In this document: one piece after another, positions 38,230 through 49,168 of the stretch
Layout: the number at the start of each line of letters is the position of its first letter
How positions within the stretch are numbered: the stretch's first letter is position 1
NCBI GenBank assembly: GCA_009838515.1
Contig: VXRL01000040.1
Coordinates: 221,348-285,347 of the forward strand
Source of the DNA: Terriglobia bacterium
Lineage (GTDB): Bacteria > Acidobacteriota > Terriglobia > Bryobacterales > UBA6623
Length of the DNA stretch: 64,000 bases
Direction: 5' to 3'
Position numbers and translations under genes: made by a program
Notes under the pieces: model-generated
Seen by the model: only the letters and a program-made list of their open reading frames with translations
Database searches by the model: none
What the model was told of the DNA's origin: nothing

Positions 38230-41200
38230 ATGCGCACAATCTCGATCTTGGGTTCTCTCGCTGCGTTCTTGGGCATCGCCAGCGGTGCCGACTTCGCCGC
38301 CGACATCGAGCCGATCTTTCGGGACAAGTGTTACGGCTGCCACGGGGAGCAGCAACAATTCGGCCAGCTGCGGCTCGATTCTCGCAACGTGGCTACCAGT
38401 GCCGGCCCGAGCGGGCAGCGGATCGTGCCGCACGATGCCCTGGCGAGCTCCGTCTACCAGCGCGTGGCCGGTCTGGGCGAGGGCAACCGAATGCCCATGG
38501 ACGGCCAGCTCAGCGACGCGGAGGTCGCGCTGATCAAGGCCTGGATCGAGGCCGGTGCGGTCTGGCCCCAGGGCCGGGAAGCGGACCCCTCACTGAACCA
38601 GCACTGGGCGTTCGTTCGGCCTGCGAGGCCGGAGCAGCCCGGGCTGAAGAACGGGCGGAGTGCCGCAAGTCCAATTGACAGCTTCGTGCTGGCCAGGCTG
38701 GAAGCTGAAGGCTTGGAACCGTCGCCTCCTGCGAGCAAGGAAACGCTGATCCGCCGCCTCAGCCTTGACCTGACCGGGCTGCCGCCCTCGCTCGAAGATA
38801 CCCGGCATTACCTGAACGACACGGCGCCGGGCGCCTATGGACGCTTGGTGGATCGCCTGCTCGCCTCGCCGCATTACGGCGAGCGCTGGGGCCGCATCTG
38901 GCTGGACGCTGCCCGCTATGCCGATTCTGACGGCTTTGAGAAGGACAAGCCGCGCCACGTCTGGTTCTATCGCGATTGGGTCGTTGACGCCCTCAACGCG
39001 GACATGCCCTACGACCGCTTCGTGGTCGAGCAAGTCGCGGGCGACCTGCTGCCTGATGCGGCCCAACAGCAACGCGTCGCCACCGGCTTCCTGCGCAACT
39101 CGATGATCAACGCCGAGGGCGGGGCCAATCCAGAACAGTTCCGCATGGAGGCCATGTTTGACCGGATGGACGCCATCGGCAAGGCCGTGCTGGGCCTGAC
39201 GGTGCAATGCGCGCAGTGCCACGACCACAAGTTCGACCCGATCAGCCAGGGCGACTACTACCGGATGTTCGCGTACATCAACAACTCGCACGAATCCACG
39301 CAGGCGGTCTACACCGCGGAGGAAGACAGGGTACGCAACGAGATCTTCGCGGAAATACGAGAGATCGAGGCCGGACTGCGCGAACTGAACCCGGACTGGC
39401 GCGAACGGATGGCCGAATGGGAACAGTCCGAGGCCGCCAGCCAGCCCCAATGGACCGTTCTGGACACGCACATCAAGCTGGGCAGCGGAGAGAAGTACGA
39501 AGTGCTGCCCGACAAGTCGATCCTGGCGGAAGGCTACGCGCCGACACGTAGCGTGGTCACGCCGGAGGGCCTACTAGAGCCGGGCACGGTTCGAGCTTTC
39601 CGACTCGAGCTGCTGACCGATCCGCGGCTGCCGCTCGGCGGTCCGGGCCGCTCGTTCCGCGGCACCGCCGCGTTGACAGAATTCGAAGTCGAGGTGGCGC
39701 CTGCGGACGATCCAGAGAAGTGGAAGGCGCTTAAGATCGCACGCGCCACCGCCGACGTCAACCCCGAGATGTCGATACTCGACTCCTTCCTGTTCCCGGA
39801 CAAGGACAACAAGCGCAGGATCTTGGGGGACGTCGGGTTCGCCATCGACGGCTTCGCGATGAGCGCGTGGAGCACCGATGCCGGGCCGGGCCGACGCAAC
39901 ACGCCTCGCAAGGCTGTGTTCCAGCTCGCCGAAGCGCTCGAGATCGAGGAGCCCACGCTGGTCAAGTTCAAGCTTTCGATGAACCACGGCGGCTACAACT
40001 CGGACGACAACCAGTCGCTGAACTTGGGCAGGTACCGGCTTTCGCTCACGGCGGCGGAGGACGCGGAAGCCGATCCCTTGCCAAGACACGCACGGGAACT
40101 GATCTCCCGCGGCGGCCAGCGCACGCCGGAGCAGGAAGCGGCGCTCTTCGGCTACTGGCGCACCACGGTCGCCGAGTGGGCGGAGGCCAATCGCAAGATA
40201 GAGGAGTTGTGGGGCGAATACCCAGAGGGAAGCTCCCAGCTCGTTCTGGACGAACGCCCGGCGCCGCGCATGACCAGCGTCCTCCAGCGCGGCGATTTCC
40301 TGCGCCCGACCGAGCAGGTGCGGGCCGGGGTTCCGGGATTCCTGCATCCGATGCCCGAGCGGGACGAGCTGCCGCAGCGCCTGGCGTTCGCCGAGTGGCT
40401 CGTCGACCGCGACTCGCCCACCACCGCGCGGGCCATCGTGAATCGCCTCTGGCAGGGGCATTTCGGCACGGGAATTGTCGAGACCTCCGAAGATCTTGGG
40501 CGGCAGGCAGCCGATCCGTCCCACCCGGAACTGCTGGACTGGCTGGCGGTGGAACTGATGGAGAACGACTGGAGCCTCAAGCACATGCACCGGCTGATCG
40601 TGTCTTCGGAGACCTACCGCCAATCATCCCGTGTCACGCCGAGGCTGCTAGGGCTGGACCCGAACAACCGCCTGCTGGCCCGCGGCGCGCGGTTCCGCGT
40701 CGACGGCGAGCTGGTCCGCGATATCGCCCTGGCCTCGAGCGGCTTGCTCACGGCACAGATCGGGGGCGCGCCCGTATATCCCCCGGCTCCCGAGTTCCTG
40801 TTCCAGCCGCCTGTCAGCTACGGCCCCAAGCGGTGGTACACGGCGAACGGAGCGCAGCGCTACCGCCGCTCACTGTACGCCTTCCGCTACCGCTCGTTGC
40901 CCTACCCCGTCCTCGACACCTTCGACACGCCCACCGGGAACTTCGCCTGCGTGAAGCGCGACCGCTCCAACACTCCGCTGCAGGCGCTGGTCACGCTCAA
41001 CGAGCCCGTCTTTATGGAAGCTGCCCGCGAGCTGGGCCGCAGGACGCTGAATGAGGGCGGGGCGGACGATCCGGGCCGCATCGACTACGCGTTCAAGCGC
41101 GTGCTGGCACGCGCGCCCAGCGATTCGGAGCGATCCGAACTGGCCGCCCTGCTGGGCAGCCAGCGGGAACGCCTGCAGTCCGGCGGACTTGACGCGGCCC

Positions 41201-41325
41201 GGCTGGCCTTCGGGGAACAATCGTCTGAGCCGGAGATGGCAGACGGCGAGACCGCCGAACTTGCGGCTTGGACGGCCGTTTCTCGCGTGCTGTTGAACTT
41301 GGACGAAGCGATTACGAGGGAATGA
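38230..41325 (+). CDS. PSCyt1/DUF1549/DUF1553 (PSD1) planctomycete-type cytochrome c protein
   Basis: CYGCH, HWAF, RRLSLDLTGLPP, GERWGRIWLDAARYADS, CAQCHDHKFDP, SNTPLQAL. Confidence 0.9.
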   Translation: MRTISILGSLAAFLGIASGADFAADIEPIFRDKCYGCHGEQQQFGQLRLDSRNVATSAGPSGQRIVPHDALASSVYQRVAGLGEGNRMPMDGQLSDAEVALIKAWIEAGAVWPQGREADPSLNQHWAFVRPARPEQPGLKNGRSAASPIDSFVLARLEAEGLEPSPPASKETLIRRLSLDLTGLPPSLEDTRHYLNDTAPGAYGRLVDRLLASPHYGERWGRIWLDAARYADSDGFEKDKPRHVWFYRDWVVDALNADMPYDRFVVEQVAGDLLPDAAQQQRVATGFLRNSMINAEGGANPEQFRMEAMFDRMDAIGKAVLGLTVQCAQCHDHKFDPISQGDYYRMFAYINNSHESTQAVYTAEEDRVRNEIFAEIREIEAGLRELNPDWRERMAEWEQSEAASQPQWTVLDTHIKLGSGEKYEVLPDKSILAEGYAPTRSVVTPEGLLEPGTVRAFRLELLTDPRLPLGGPGRSFRGTAALTEFEVEVAPADDPEKWKALKIARATADVNPEMSILDSFLFPDKDNKRRILGDVGFAIDGFAMSAWSTDAGPGRRNTPRKAVFQLAEALEIEEPTLVKFKLSMNHGGYNSDDNQSLNLGRYRLSLTAAEDAEADPLPRHARELISRGGQRTPEQEAALFGYWRTTVAEWAEANRKIEELWGEYPEGSSQLVLDERPAPRMTSVLQRGDFLRPTEQVRAGVPGFLHPMPERDELPQRLAFAEWLVDRDSPTTARAIVNRLWQGHFGTGIVETSEDLGRQAADPSHPELLDWLAVELMENDWSLKHMHRLIVSSETYRQSSRVTPRLLGLDPNNRLLARGARFRVDGELVRDIALASSGLLTAQIGGAPVYPPAPEFLFQPPVSYGPKRWYTANGAQRYRRSLYAFRYRSLPYPVLDTFDTPTGNFACVKRDRSNTPLQALVTLNEPVFMEAARELGRRTLNEGGADDPGRIDYAFKRVLARAPSDSERSELAALLGSQRERLQSGGLDAARLAFGEQSSEPEMADGETAELAAWTAVSRVLLNLDEAITRE

Positions 41326-41328
41326 CAG

Positions 41329-42726
41329 ATGTTGCGCTCGCATGCCACCACTAGCCCGCTGGCAAGGCGTTGGTTTCTGCAGCAGTGCGGCGTCGGGCTG
41401 GGAGCCGTCGCGCTGCGCGACATGCTGCAGGCAGCGGACCCGCTGGCACCGAAGCAGCCGCACCACGCCCCGACTGCCAAGAACGTGATCTTCCTGTTCA
41501 TGGGGGGCGGTCCGAGCCACCTCGAACTGTTCGACAACAAGCCGGAACTGGCCAAGCACGAGGGGACGCTGCCGCCGGCGAACCTGCTGGAAGGCTACCG
41601 CGCGGCCTTTATCGACCCCAATTCGACGCTGCTCGGGCCAAAATTCAAGTTCGCCCGGCATGGCGAGAGCGGGGCAGAGTTGTCCGAACTGATCCCGCAT
41701 ACCGCCGCGATCGCCGACGACATCGCCATCGTGAAGTCCTTGGTGACCGATGCGTTCAACCACGCCCCGGCCCAAGTGATGATGAGCACCGGAACGCAGC
41801 AGTTCGGGCGGCCGTCGATGGGGGCGTGGACGCTTTACGGGCTGGGCAGCGAATCCCGCGACCTGCCGGGATTCGTGGTCTTAAGTTCAGGCCAGAAGGG
41901 CCCGAGCGGCGGCAATTCCAACTGGGGCAGCGGTTTCCTGCCGTCCATGTACCAAGGGGTGCAGTTCCGCACCAGCGGCGACCCGGTGCTGTATCTGTCC
42001 AACCCGGCAGGCGTCGACCGCCGGCTCCAGCGCGACTCGCTGGACGCGCTCGGAAGCCTGAACAGCATGCGCTTGCGAGAAGTCGGCGACCCCGAGATCG
42101 AGACCCGGATCAGTTCCTTCGAGATGGCCTACCGCATGCAGGCGAGCACGCCGGAGCTGATGGACATTTCCCAAGAGCCCCAGCACGTGCTCGACATGTA
42201 CGGGGCCGAGCCGGGACGTCCATCATTCGCCAACAACTGCGTCCTGGCGCGCAGGCTAGTCGAACGGGGCGTACGCTTCGTGGAACTGTTCCACGAGTCG
42301 TGGGACCAGCACGGGGCCCTCATCTCTGGCCTGAAAAAGAACTGCCGGGACACCGACAAGGCCAGCGCCGCCTTGGTGAGCGACCTCAAGCAGCGCGGCT
42401 TGCTGGAAGATACGCTGGTGCTCTGGGGCGGCGAGTTCGGGCGCACACCGATGGTACAGGGCGGCACTGACGATGGCCGCGACCACCATCCCAACGCCTT
42501 CACGATGTGGATGGCGGGGGGCGGCACCAGACCCGGCGTCACGATCGGCAAGAGCGACGAGCTGGGCTTTAACGTGGTCGAGGACAAGGTACACGTGCAT
42601 GACCTGCATGCCACCATCTTGCACCTGTTGGGATTCGACCACACACGGCTGACCTACCGCTTCCAAGGGCGCGACTTCCGTCTCACGGACGTGGCCGGCG
42701 AGGTAGCGCAGAAGCTGCTCGCGTAG
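41329..42726 (+). CDS. DUF1501 family protein (Tat-like)
   Basis: [44 protein letters not shown]. Confidence 0.92.
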   Translation: MLRSHATTSPLARRWFLQQCGVGLGAVALRDMLQAADPLAPKQPHHAPTAKNVIFLFMGGGPSHLELFDNKPELAKHEGTLPPANLLEGYRAAFIDPNSTLLGPKFKFARHGESGAELSELIPHTAAIADDIAIVKSLVTDAFNHAPAQVMMSTGTQQFGRPSMGAWTLYGLGSESRDLPGFVVLSSGQKGPSGGNSNWGSGFLPSMYQGVQFRTSGDPVLYLSNPAGVDRRLQRDSLDALGSLNSMRLREVGDPEIETRISSFEMAYRMQASTPELMDISQEPQHVLDMYGAEPGRPSFANNCVLARRLVERGVRFVELFHESWDQHGALISGLKKNCRDTDKASAALVSDLKQRGLLEDTLVLWGGEFGRTPMVQGGTDDGRDHHPNAFTMWMAGGGTRPGVTIGKSDELGFNVVEDKVHVHDLHATILHLLGFDHTRLTYRFQGRDFRLTDVAGEVAQKLLA

Positions 42727-42784
42727 GCGCGGGCCAGCCGCGGCATACGTGCCGTCCGATGATCTCGGCGGCGCCAGGATCCCG

Positions 42785-43108
42785 CTACTGCTGGCGGCTC
42801 AGACGCGCCTTGACCCGCCTGACCAGCTTCAGGATCTCCTCGGCCTTGCGCACGCTGCCCAGATCGACCGTGTGGAACTCGTTCTTCTCGATCTCTCGCT
42901 GGAGCTCGGTGGCTAGCTCCACTACCCGCGCCATGTCCGTCCTGGACTTGTCAGCATCATTCTTGAGCGTGATCAGCGCGCGCGAGCGGCCGTCCGGCAA
43001 GGTCTCCGGGATCCTGCCGGGGCTGCGCCTGAAACTACCGTCCCTGCGTTGCGCGGCAGCGGGCGCGACCAACGCCAGCAGGGCGATCCAACGGCGTGTC
43101 ATGAACAC
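42785..43108 (-). CDS. Hypothetical secreted protein
   Basis: Signal-peptide-like N-terminus, helical body. Confidence 0.65.
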   Translation of the reverse strand: MFMTRRWIALLALVAPAAAQRRDGSFRRSPGRIPETLPDGRSRALITLKNDADKSRTDMARVVELATELQREIEKNEFHTVDLGSVRKAEEILKLVRRVKARLSRQQ

Positions 43109-43263
43109 GCTTCATGATACTCTCAAGGAAGGGGAAGCTTGTGCTTCGGCACCCTGATGGCGTTGTGCTAGACTCGTTCGTTGCAGCCGAGGCGGCCGCT
43201 CTCGAGCGGTGGCGGCTGGCGAGTCAGCAGGTAGTTGGAGTCTTTGGGGGAGAGGGATAAACA

Positions 43264-43521
43264 ATGGCCTATATCATCGCGGAACCGTGCATCGGTACCA
43301 AGGACACTGCGTGTGTAGACGCCTGTCCTGTCGACTGCATCCACCCGAAGTCGGATGAGGACGATTTCGACACGGAAGAGATGCTCTACATCGATCCCGA
43401 GGAGTGCATCGACTGTGGCGCGTGCGTGCCGGTCTGCCCTGTTTCGGCGATCTTTGCGGAAGAAGATCTTCCCGACGAGTGGATCGACTTCACCGAGCGC
43501 AACGCCGCCTACTACGAGTAG
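43264..43521 (+). CDS. Dicluster (7Fe-type) ferredoxin
   Basis: CIGTKDTACVDACPVDCIH and CIDCGACVPVCP. Confidence 0.93.
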   Translation: MAYIIAEPCIGTKDTACVDACPVDCIHPKSDEDDFDTEEMLYIDPEECIDCGACVPVCPVSAIFAEEDLPDEWIDFTERNAAYYE

Positions 43522-43609
43522 GCGGCTCTCCCGGACCGGCTTAGCGCCGGTGCCGGGTATTTGAGGCGGGCCGACGGGCCAGCACCTGCGGTCACGGTCG
43601 CCCGCCGGA

Positions 43610-44032
43610 TTACTCTTCCTTCTTCTTGTGGACGTCGTGGCAGGTCTTGCATCCAGCTGACATTGCCTTCAGACCCTTGTTGTAGCCATCGGCGTCCATG
43701 CGATACGCCCCCATCATGGCACCCTGGGCAGCCTCGATGACCTGCTTCGCGCCATCGCTCCATGCGTCATCCTTGATACGGCCGTCCATCAGGACCAGCT
43801 GACTGGCCTCTGTCACCATGGCGATGGCACCGAACGCCTTCTGCCATTGCTCCTTGTCGGCCGGTCCGCCGGCTTCGCGGTACTCCTTGATCTTGGCCAT
43901 GGCGGGCTTGACCATGTACTCCATCAACGTTTGGACGGCCGCAGTCTTCTTGTACGCATGCCCTTCGTCGTTGGCGTAGCTAGTTCCGGCCATCGCGCAA
44001 GTGATGATGGCTACGGTCCAGATCTTCCTCAT
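43610..44032 (-). CDS. Class II (four-helix) cytochrome c
   Basis: Signal peptide and C-terminal CKTCH; GGGGAGG upstream. Confidence 0.8.
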   Translation of the reverse strand: MRKIWTVAIITCAMAGTSYANDEGHAYKKTAAVQTLMEYMVKPAMAKIKEYREAGGPADKEQWQKAFGAIAMVTEASQLVLMDGRIKDDAWSDGAKQVIEAAQGAMMGAYRMDADGYNKGLKAMSAGCKTCHDVHKKKEE

Positions 44033-44233
44033 TCGTTGCCTCCCCAGTCTTGAATGATTGGAGCGGACACGCTCGGTGCCCAGCTCTGCTCCCGTAGAAT
44101 TATATCGAAAGTGCCAATCGAGGCTGATCCAGCAAGCCGTTGGGGGCACGAACGGTCTGCCCGCGCCGACCGGCCCGAACAGCCGGGCTGCTGCGGCACG
44201 AAACACCCCAAGCAGTCCTACCCAGCACGTAGC

Positions 44234-45850
44234 TCACCGCCACGAACGTTCGCGTGCCGCTAGGAACTCGTCCCCCTGCTTCCAGGTCGGAAGGTCCGGC
44301 TGGTCGGCGACGATCCTGCCCAGCTCGAACCCGAAACGCGCCAGGTCCGCAATTCCAGCGAAGTCCCAGTCCTCTCGGAACTCGTCCGAAGGCTGGTGAT
44401 AGTGGCTCGCGCGATACTGAGCGACCCTCTCGTCGCCCCATCCGCCGGGCCGGCCCGGATACTTGGAACCGCTCTTGACCGAGAACGCGGGCACGCCGTG
44501 CTTGGCCAAGCTGAACTGGTCCGAGCGGTAGTAATAGCCCTGCTCAGGATGCGCATCGGGCGTCAGAGAGAAGCCAAACTCGGCCGCCAGTGCCTCGACT
44601 GTCGCGCTGAGACTCGTGCGCTCATACCCAGGCAGCGACAGATCGCTCGTCTTGCCAAAAGGGAACAGGCCGTCGAAGTTGAGGTTCACGGCGGTCTTGC
44701 CCATCGCCACCACCGGGTTGGCTGCGTAGTACGCTGATCCCAGCAGCCCGCTCTCCTCCGCGCCGACGAACGCGAACAAGACCGTGCGAGCCGGCGCGGA
44801 CGCCAGTTCCCCGAGCGCTTGCGCGATGCCGAGCAACACCGCGCAGCCGGTTGCGTTGTCCACGGCCCCGTTGTAGATGCGATCGTCCCCCTCCCCGCGC
44901 ATGCCGATGTGATCCCAGTGGGCCGTGTAGAGCACTGCCTCGTCTGCCAATTCCGGATCGCTCCCTCGGAAGCTTGCCAAGACATTGCGGGTAAGGATCG
45001 GCACGATCGAGCTGCGCAGATCGACCTGGGCCCGGACTGCCAGCTCTATGGGCGCAAAGTCCTTTCGGTTGGCCGCATCGAGCAATTCGGCCAGCGTCAT
45101 CTCCCGGGCGACCGGTGAGGACCGAAACAGACGCTCGGCCGCTTCCGACGAGATCCAGCCGGCCAGTGCCAGCTTGGACTCGCCCGGCTTGGCCTCGACG
45201 TAGGGCTGGCCGCCGCTCCACGAATTTCGCACGACGTCCCAGGGATAGCCCGCGGTCTCGTCGGTGTGGACTATGAGCACCCCGGCGGCACCGCGCCGGG
45301 CAGCCTCCTCAAACTTGAACGTCCAGCGTCCGTAGTACGTAAGGGCCTTGCCGCCGAAGAAGGCAGCGTCGTCGGAGGGCGGCTCGTTCGTGAAGAGCAC
45401 CAGGAGCTTGCCGCCGACATCGACTCCCTTGAAATCATCCCATTCGAACTCCGGTGCTGTGATGCCGTGCCCCACGAAGACCACGTCGGCGTCAAACACT
45501 TCCCGGCCGGTCTGCCGCTCATTGTTGCCGACATACTCGCTCAAGGGCTCTAATTCGCGCCCGGCCAAGCGCACGCTGGAACTGCTCTGGGTCCTGATTT
45601 CAACCAGCGGCACGGTCTGGAAGTAAGTGCCGCTCTCGCCGGCGGGTTGCGCACCCGCCAACTCCAGCTGGGTGGCCAAGTATTCGATCGTCAATTCCTC
45701 GCCGCGCCCGCCCACTCCGCGCCCTTCAAACAGGTCGCTGGAAAGGAACCGCACATGCGGCGCAATGTCATCGGGCGCGATCGAGCCTTCGTCAGGCGCT
45801 TCGCCCGCACACCCTGTGCCAAGCAAGACAAGTGCGACTAGCCAGCGCAT
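44234..45850 (-). CDS. M28 family peptidase lipoprotein with PA domain
   Basis: Lipobox LGTGC, AHWDH, NGAVDNATG, AEESGLLGS, RSDQ, YHQPSD. Confidence 0.9.
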   Translation of the reverse strand: MRWLVALVLLGTGCAGEAPDEGSIAPDDIAPHVRFLSSDLFEGRGVGGRGEELTIEYLATQLELAGAQPAGESGTYFQTVPLVEIRTQSSSSVRLAGRELEPLSEYVGNNERQTGREVFDADVVFVGHGITAPEFEWDDFKGVDVGGKLLVLFTNEPPSDDAAFFGGKALTYYGRWTFKFEEAARRGAAGVLIVHTDETAGYPWDVVRNSWSGGQPYVEAKPGESKLALAGWISSEAAERLFRSSPVAREMTLAELLDAANRKDFAPIELAVRAQVDLRSSIVPILTRNVLASFRGSDPELADEAVLYTAHWDHIGMRGEGDDRIYNGAVDNATGCAVLLGIAQALGELASAPARTVLFAFVGAEESGLLGSAYYAANPVVAMGKTAVNLNFDGLFPFGKTSDLSLPGYERTSLSATVEALAAEFGFSLTPDAHPEQGYYYRSDQFSLAKHGVPAFSVKSGSKYPGRPGGWGDERVAQYRASHYHQPSDEFREDWDFAGIADLARFGFELGRIVADQPDLPTWKQGDEFLAARERSWR

Positions 45851-45898
45851 GACAGGCAGATGCTACCAGAAGCGCGAATGCGGCGCAGCACGCGAGTG

Positions 45899-47332
45899 CT
45901 ACCAGACGACCGCTTTGTGGGGGGCGGCAGGCGGACGGATCTCCAAGCAGCCCTTGCCCGTTGGCAAGATCTTGCCTGGGTTCAGGCGCCCGTCCGGATT
46001 GAAGATGCGCATCAGCCGCTCCATCTGGTCCAAGCTGTCCTCGGCGAAGAGGAGTGGCATCAGTTCGTTCTTCTCCATGCCCACGCCATGCTCTCCCGTG
46101 ATCGCTCCGCCCACTTCGATGCAATACTTGAGGATGTCCTCCCCTGCCGCGCGGGTGCGCCTAGTCTCGTCCTCACTGCGGGGGTCGAACAGGATGATGG
46201 GATGCATGTTGCCATCCCCGGCGTGGAAGATGTTGCTGATCGTCAGGCCGTACTTTTCTGAAACTCGGTGGATGTGCCGCAGCGTGTCGGCGATACGCGT
46301 GCGGGGGACGACGCCGTCCTGCACGTAATAGGTCGGGCTCACCCTCCCGACTGCTCCGAACGCGTTCTTGCGACCCTTCCAGAGCAGGGCCCGCTCCTCG
46401 GGACTCTTCGCAACGCGCACCTCGCGCGCGCCGGTCTGCAGGCACACCGAGTTGACTAGCTCCAGCTGCTCGGCGACGCCCTCGCGCACACCCTCGAGCT
46501 CGATCAGCAGCACCGCTTCGGCGTCCAGCGGAAACCCGGCGTGAGTCGCTTCCTCGACCATGCGGAGCATGACGCCGTCCATCATTTCCACCGCCGCCGG
46601 CGTGACGGCTCGAGCCGTGATCTCGGCCACCGTGTCGGCAGCATCGTCCGCTCGGTCGTAGATCGCCAGCAGCGTCTCCACCGCCTCGCTGGCACGCATC
46701 AGCCTGACGATGACCTTGGTCACTAGGGCCATCGTTCCCTCGGAACCGGTCAGCAGCCCTGTGATGTCGTAGCCCGGCAGGTCCTGCTCCTTCCCGCCCA
46801 CCTGCAGCACAGTGCCGTCGGGCAAGACTGCCTCTATGCCCAACACGTGGTTGGTGGTCACGCCGTAGATCAACGTATGCGGGCCACCGGCGTTCTCGGC
46901 AACGTTGCCACCGATGGTGCAGGCCTTCTGCGACGAAGGGTCAGGCGCGTAATAGTAGCCGTGTCCTTGAACGGCGCGAGTGATGTCCAAGTTCACAACA
47001 CCGGGCTGGACCACAGCGCATTCGTTCTCGAGATCGATCTCGAGAATCTTGTTCATGCGCGCGAAACCAATCATGATCCCGCCCCGGGTCGGGATCACGC
47101 CCCCGCTCAGTCCGGTGCCGGCTCCCCGCCCCACGATGGGGAGGTCGTGGTCGGCCGCGACGCGCACGATCTCAACGACGTCTTCGGTGCGCCGGGGAAA
47201 GACCACGCATTCGGGACGGCCCTTATCGATGCTGCCGTCGTACTCGTACAGCAGTAGGTCTTGGTCCCGGTGCAAGACTGCACGCTCGCCAACGGCTAGC
47301 TCCAGGGCACGCAGGGCTGATTGCGGAAGCAC
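45899..47332 (-). CDS. glcD: FAD-linked oxidase, glycolate oxidase subunit GlcD-like
   Basis: RGAGTGLSGG, APDPSSQKACTIGGN, HAGDGNMH, GEHGVG, LNPGK. Confidence 0.8.
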   Translation of the reverse strand: MLPQSALRALELAVGERAVLHRDQDLLLYEYDGSIDKGRPECVVFPRRTEDVVEIVRVAADHDLPIVGRGAGTGLSGGVIPTRGGIMIGFARMNKILEIDLENECAVVQPGVVNLDITRAVQGHGYYYAPDPSSQKACTIGGNVAENAGGPHTLIYGVTTNHVLGIEAVLPDGTVLQVGGKEQDLPGYDITGLLTGSEGTMALVTKVIVRLMRASEAVETLLAIYDRADDAADTVAEITARAVTPAAVEMMDGVMLRMVEEATHAGFPLDAEAVLLIELEGVREGVAEQLELVNSVCLQTGAREVRVAKSPEERALLWKGRKNAFGAVGRVSPTYYVQDGVVPRTRIADTLRHIHRVSEKYGLTISNIFHAGDGNMHPIILFDPRSEDETRRTRAAGEDILKYCIEVGGAITGEHGVGMEKNELMPLLFAEDSLDQMERLMRIFNPDGRLNPGKILPTGKGCLEIRPPAAPHKAVVW

Positions 47333-47353
47333 GATCCTATGGTAGTTGAAGCC

Positions 47354-48508
47354 TCAAGCCGCCGCCCGCGTTTCCGCCTGCATGGTCGCCGCGGCGAAAC
47401 TCAAAAGGTCGCGGCGCTTGCGCGCAACCTCGGCCAGCCGCTCGTAGTCCTGCGCCATCTGGCAAAGCTGCAGGGCGTTGGGGCAGGTGAGGAACTGCGG
47501 ATCGGCCTCGGAGAGGTGTTCCAGCGCCACATCGGCGGCCTCTGCGGGACGCTCCACGCGCACCAGCAGGTTCACCAGCACTTGCGCGGGCGTCGTGCCG
47601 GCGATATTGGCATCGCAAGTCTCGATCTTGCGCCGGAAGTGCTCCAGCCCGGCCTCGACATCGCGCCGCAGGACCGTGCTGATGTAAACGCCGTAGTCTT
47701 CAAAGACGTTCTCAAACGGCGGATTGCCCGGGAACTGGTACATCTCGCTGAGCTGGCTTCCGTAGCGGGCCATGCCGAGCAGCAGTTCCAGCGTGCGCTC
47801 GCGGTCAATCGCAGCCGCCATCTGCACGAGGGACGAGACATGCGAGGTGTCCAAGTAGTAGGCATTGCCCTCGAAGAGCCATCCGCGTTCCTCCACGATG
47901 GCTCCAAGGTCGTCGCCGTCTGGTGCCTGCCCCTCCTTCTGCTCCACGGCGTACTTGATGTTCGCCAGCAGTTCCGAGTGCACGTTCTCGGCCAGCAGTT
48001 CCGCGCAGTCCGCCCTGCCCTCCTCGACGGGATACTGCGAGAAGTTGGTGATGGCGCGGCAAGTGCCGTAATGCTTGAGGATCAGTTCGAAGCCCTTCTT
48101 CGGATTGACCTGCTCGTGATAGGCAACCTCGATGACGCCGTCCAAGGCCTCACCGGCCACGGCATCGTCACACTGCTCGATGGCCTGGCGAATGAGATCC
48201 TTCTCCCCGACAGCGCGGAAGTACGGCCAAGCCCGCCCGATCTCGCCATCGTTGAGGAAGAGCGTGCCCACCTCGCGGGCGGCTTCCACCGTGGCGCTCT
48301 CGTAGGCGGCCTGGCAGTCCTCGCCGAGATTGTTCCAAGGCTCGGTTTGGATCAGCGGCATGCCCAGCGCGTGCCGCTTCTGCATCAAGCGCGCTTCGAA
48401 GATCATCGGGTAGGACCGCTCCTTCCGGAAGCGGTCGATCGCAAGCTCAAACCCGGCCTCGACGTCTCCGGATGCGAGGGCATCCCTGACTTGGTCGAAC
48501 ACATCCAT
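47354..48508 (-). CDS. Conserved all-helical hypothetical protein
   Basis: Long open frame with normal codon usage; GGGAG upstream of ATG 48508. Confidence 0.75.
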   Translation of the reverse strand: MDVFDQVRDALASGDVEAGFELAIDRFRKERSYPMIFEARLMQKRHALGMPLIQTEPWNNLGEDCQAAYESATVEAAREVGTLFLNDGEIGRAWPYFRAVGEKDLIRQAIEQCDDAVAGEALDGVIEVAYHEQVNPKKGFELILKHYGTCRAITNFSQYPVEEGRADCAELLAENVHSELLANIKYAVEQKEGQAPDGDDLGAIVEERGWLFEGNAYYLDTSHVSSLVQMAAAIDRERTLELLLGMARYGSQLSEMYQFPGNPPFENVFEDYGVYISTVLRRDVEAGLEHFRRKIETCDANIAGTTPAQVLVNLLVRVERPAEAADVALEHLSEADPQFLTCPNALQLCQMAQDYERLAEVARKRRDLLSFAAATMQAETRAAA

Positions 48509-48612
48509 CGCAGACTCCCTTCCGCCATTATGCGGCAACCGCGGGCCGAGCGGCAGCATTGCGCTCACTCGCCGGCTTGAGGCCGCTGCAAGCCCGGCGC
48601 GCCGCAGGGGGG

Positions 48613-49059
48613 CTAGTACGACGGGCCTTTCGGCGGCGGCGTCTTGAAGCGCACCCAACTGGCACAAAGCAGCACGAACGAACCCAGAAGCATCCAGCCA
48701 TGGGTCTTGAAGCCCTCGATGCCATCGAAGCGATAGTCGCCGCGGAAGACCGCCGCCGTCAATCCCAAGAACAGTACTACGGCCCAGACCAGCAGGGGAA
48801 TGCGTTTGAGCCTGCTTTCGGAAACGGCAAGCGCCGAAGCGACAACAGCGAAGGAGCCGAGCAACAGCAGCGCCACGGCCGCGTCCTCTGGCGAAACCGG
48901 CACCAGGGGGAAGTACATATCGCCGCCGACGACCAAACCTAAGGTGCCGAGGGCGCACAAGTAGAGCCCCAAGAGCAGGCTAGCGATAGCTCCGATCCCA
49001 CCGAAGGCGCTCCGGATGAAGCTCGGCCGACCGGCTCTGATCTTGAAACGGCGTTTCAA
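48613..49059 (-). CDS. Hypothetical 4-TM membrane protein
   Basis: Four hydrophobic segments. Confidence 0.6.
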   Translation of the reverse strand: MKRRFKIRAGRPSFIRSAFGGIGAIASLLLGLYLCALGTLGLVVGGDMYFPLVPVSPEDAAVALLLLGSFAVVASALAVSESRLKRIPLLVWAVVLFLGLTAAVFRGDYRFDGIEGFKTHGWMLLGSFVLLCASWVRFKTPPPKGPSY

Positions 49060-49168
49060 TGATTCATACTAACACTCCCCGAATCAAACAGATGCAGACG
49101 CGGCCAGCAGCTGCCGGCCTCGCGCCGGCCGACCGCCCCTGCACAGTGGCGAGCCATAATGAGACTCC

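Noticed and set aside
48509-48958. N-terminal extension of the 534-aa ORF
   Set aside because: Low-complexity Arg/Gly frame overlapping the 4-TM gene; the RBS supports ATG 48508.
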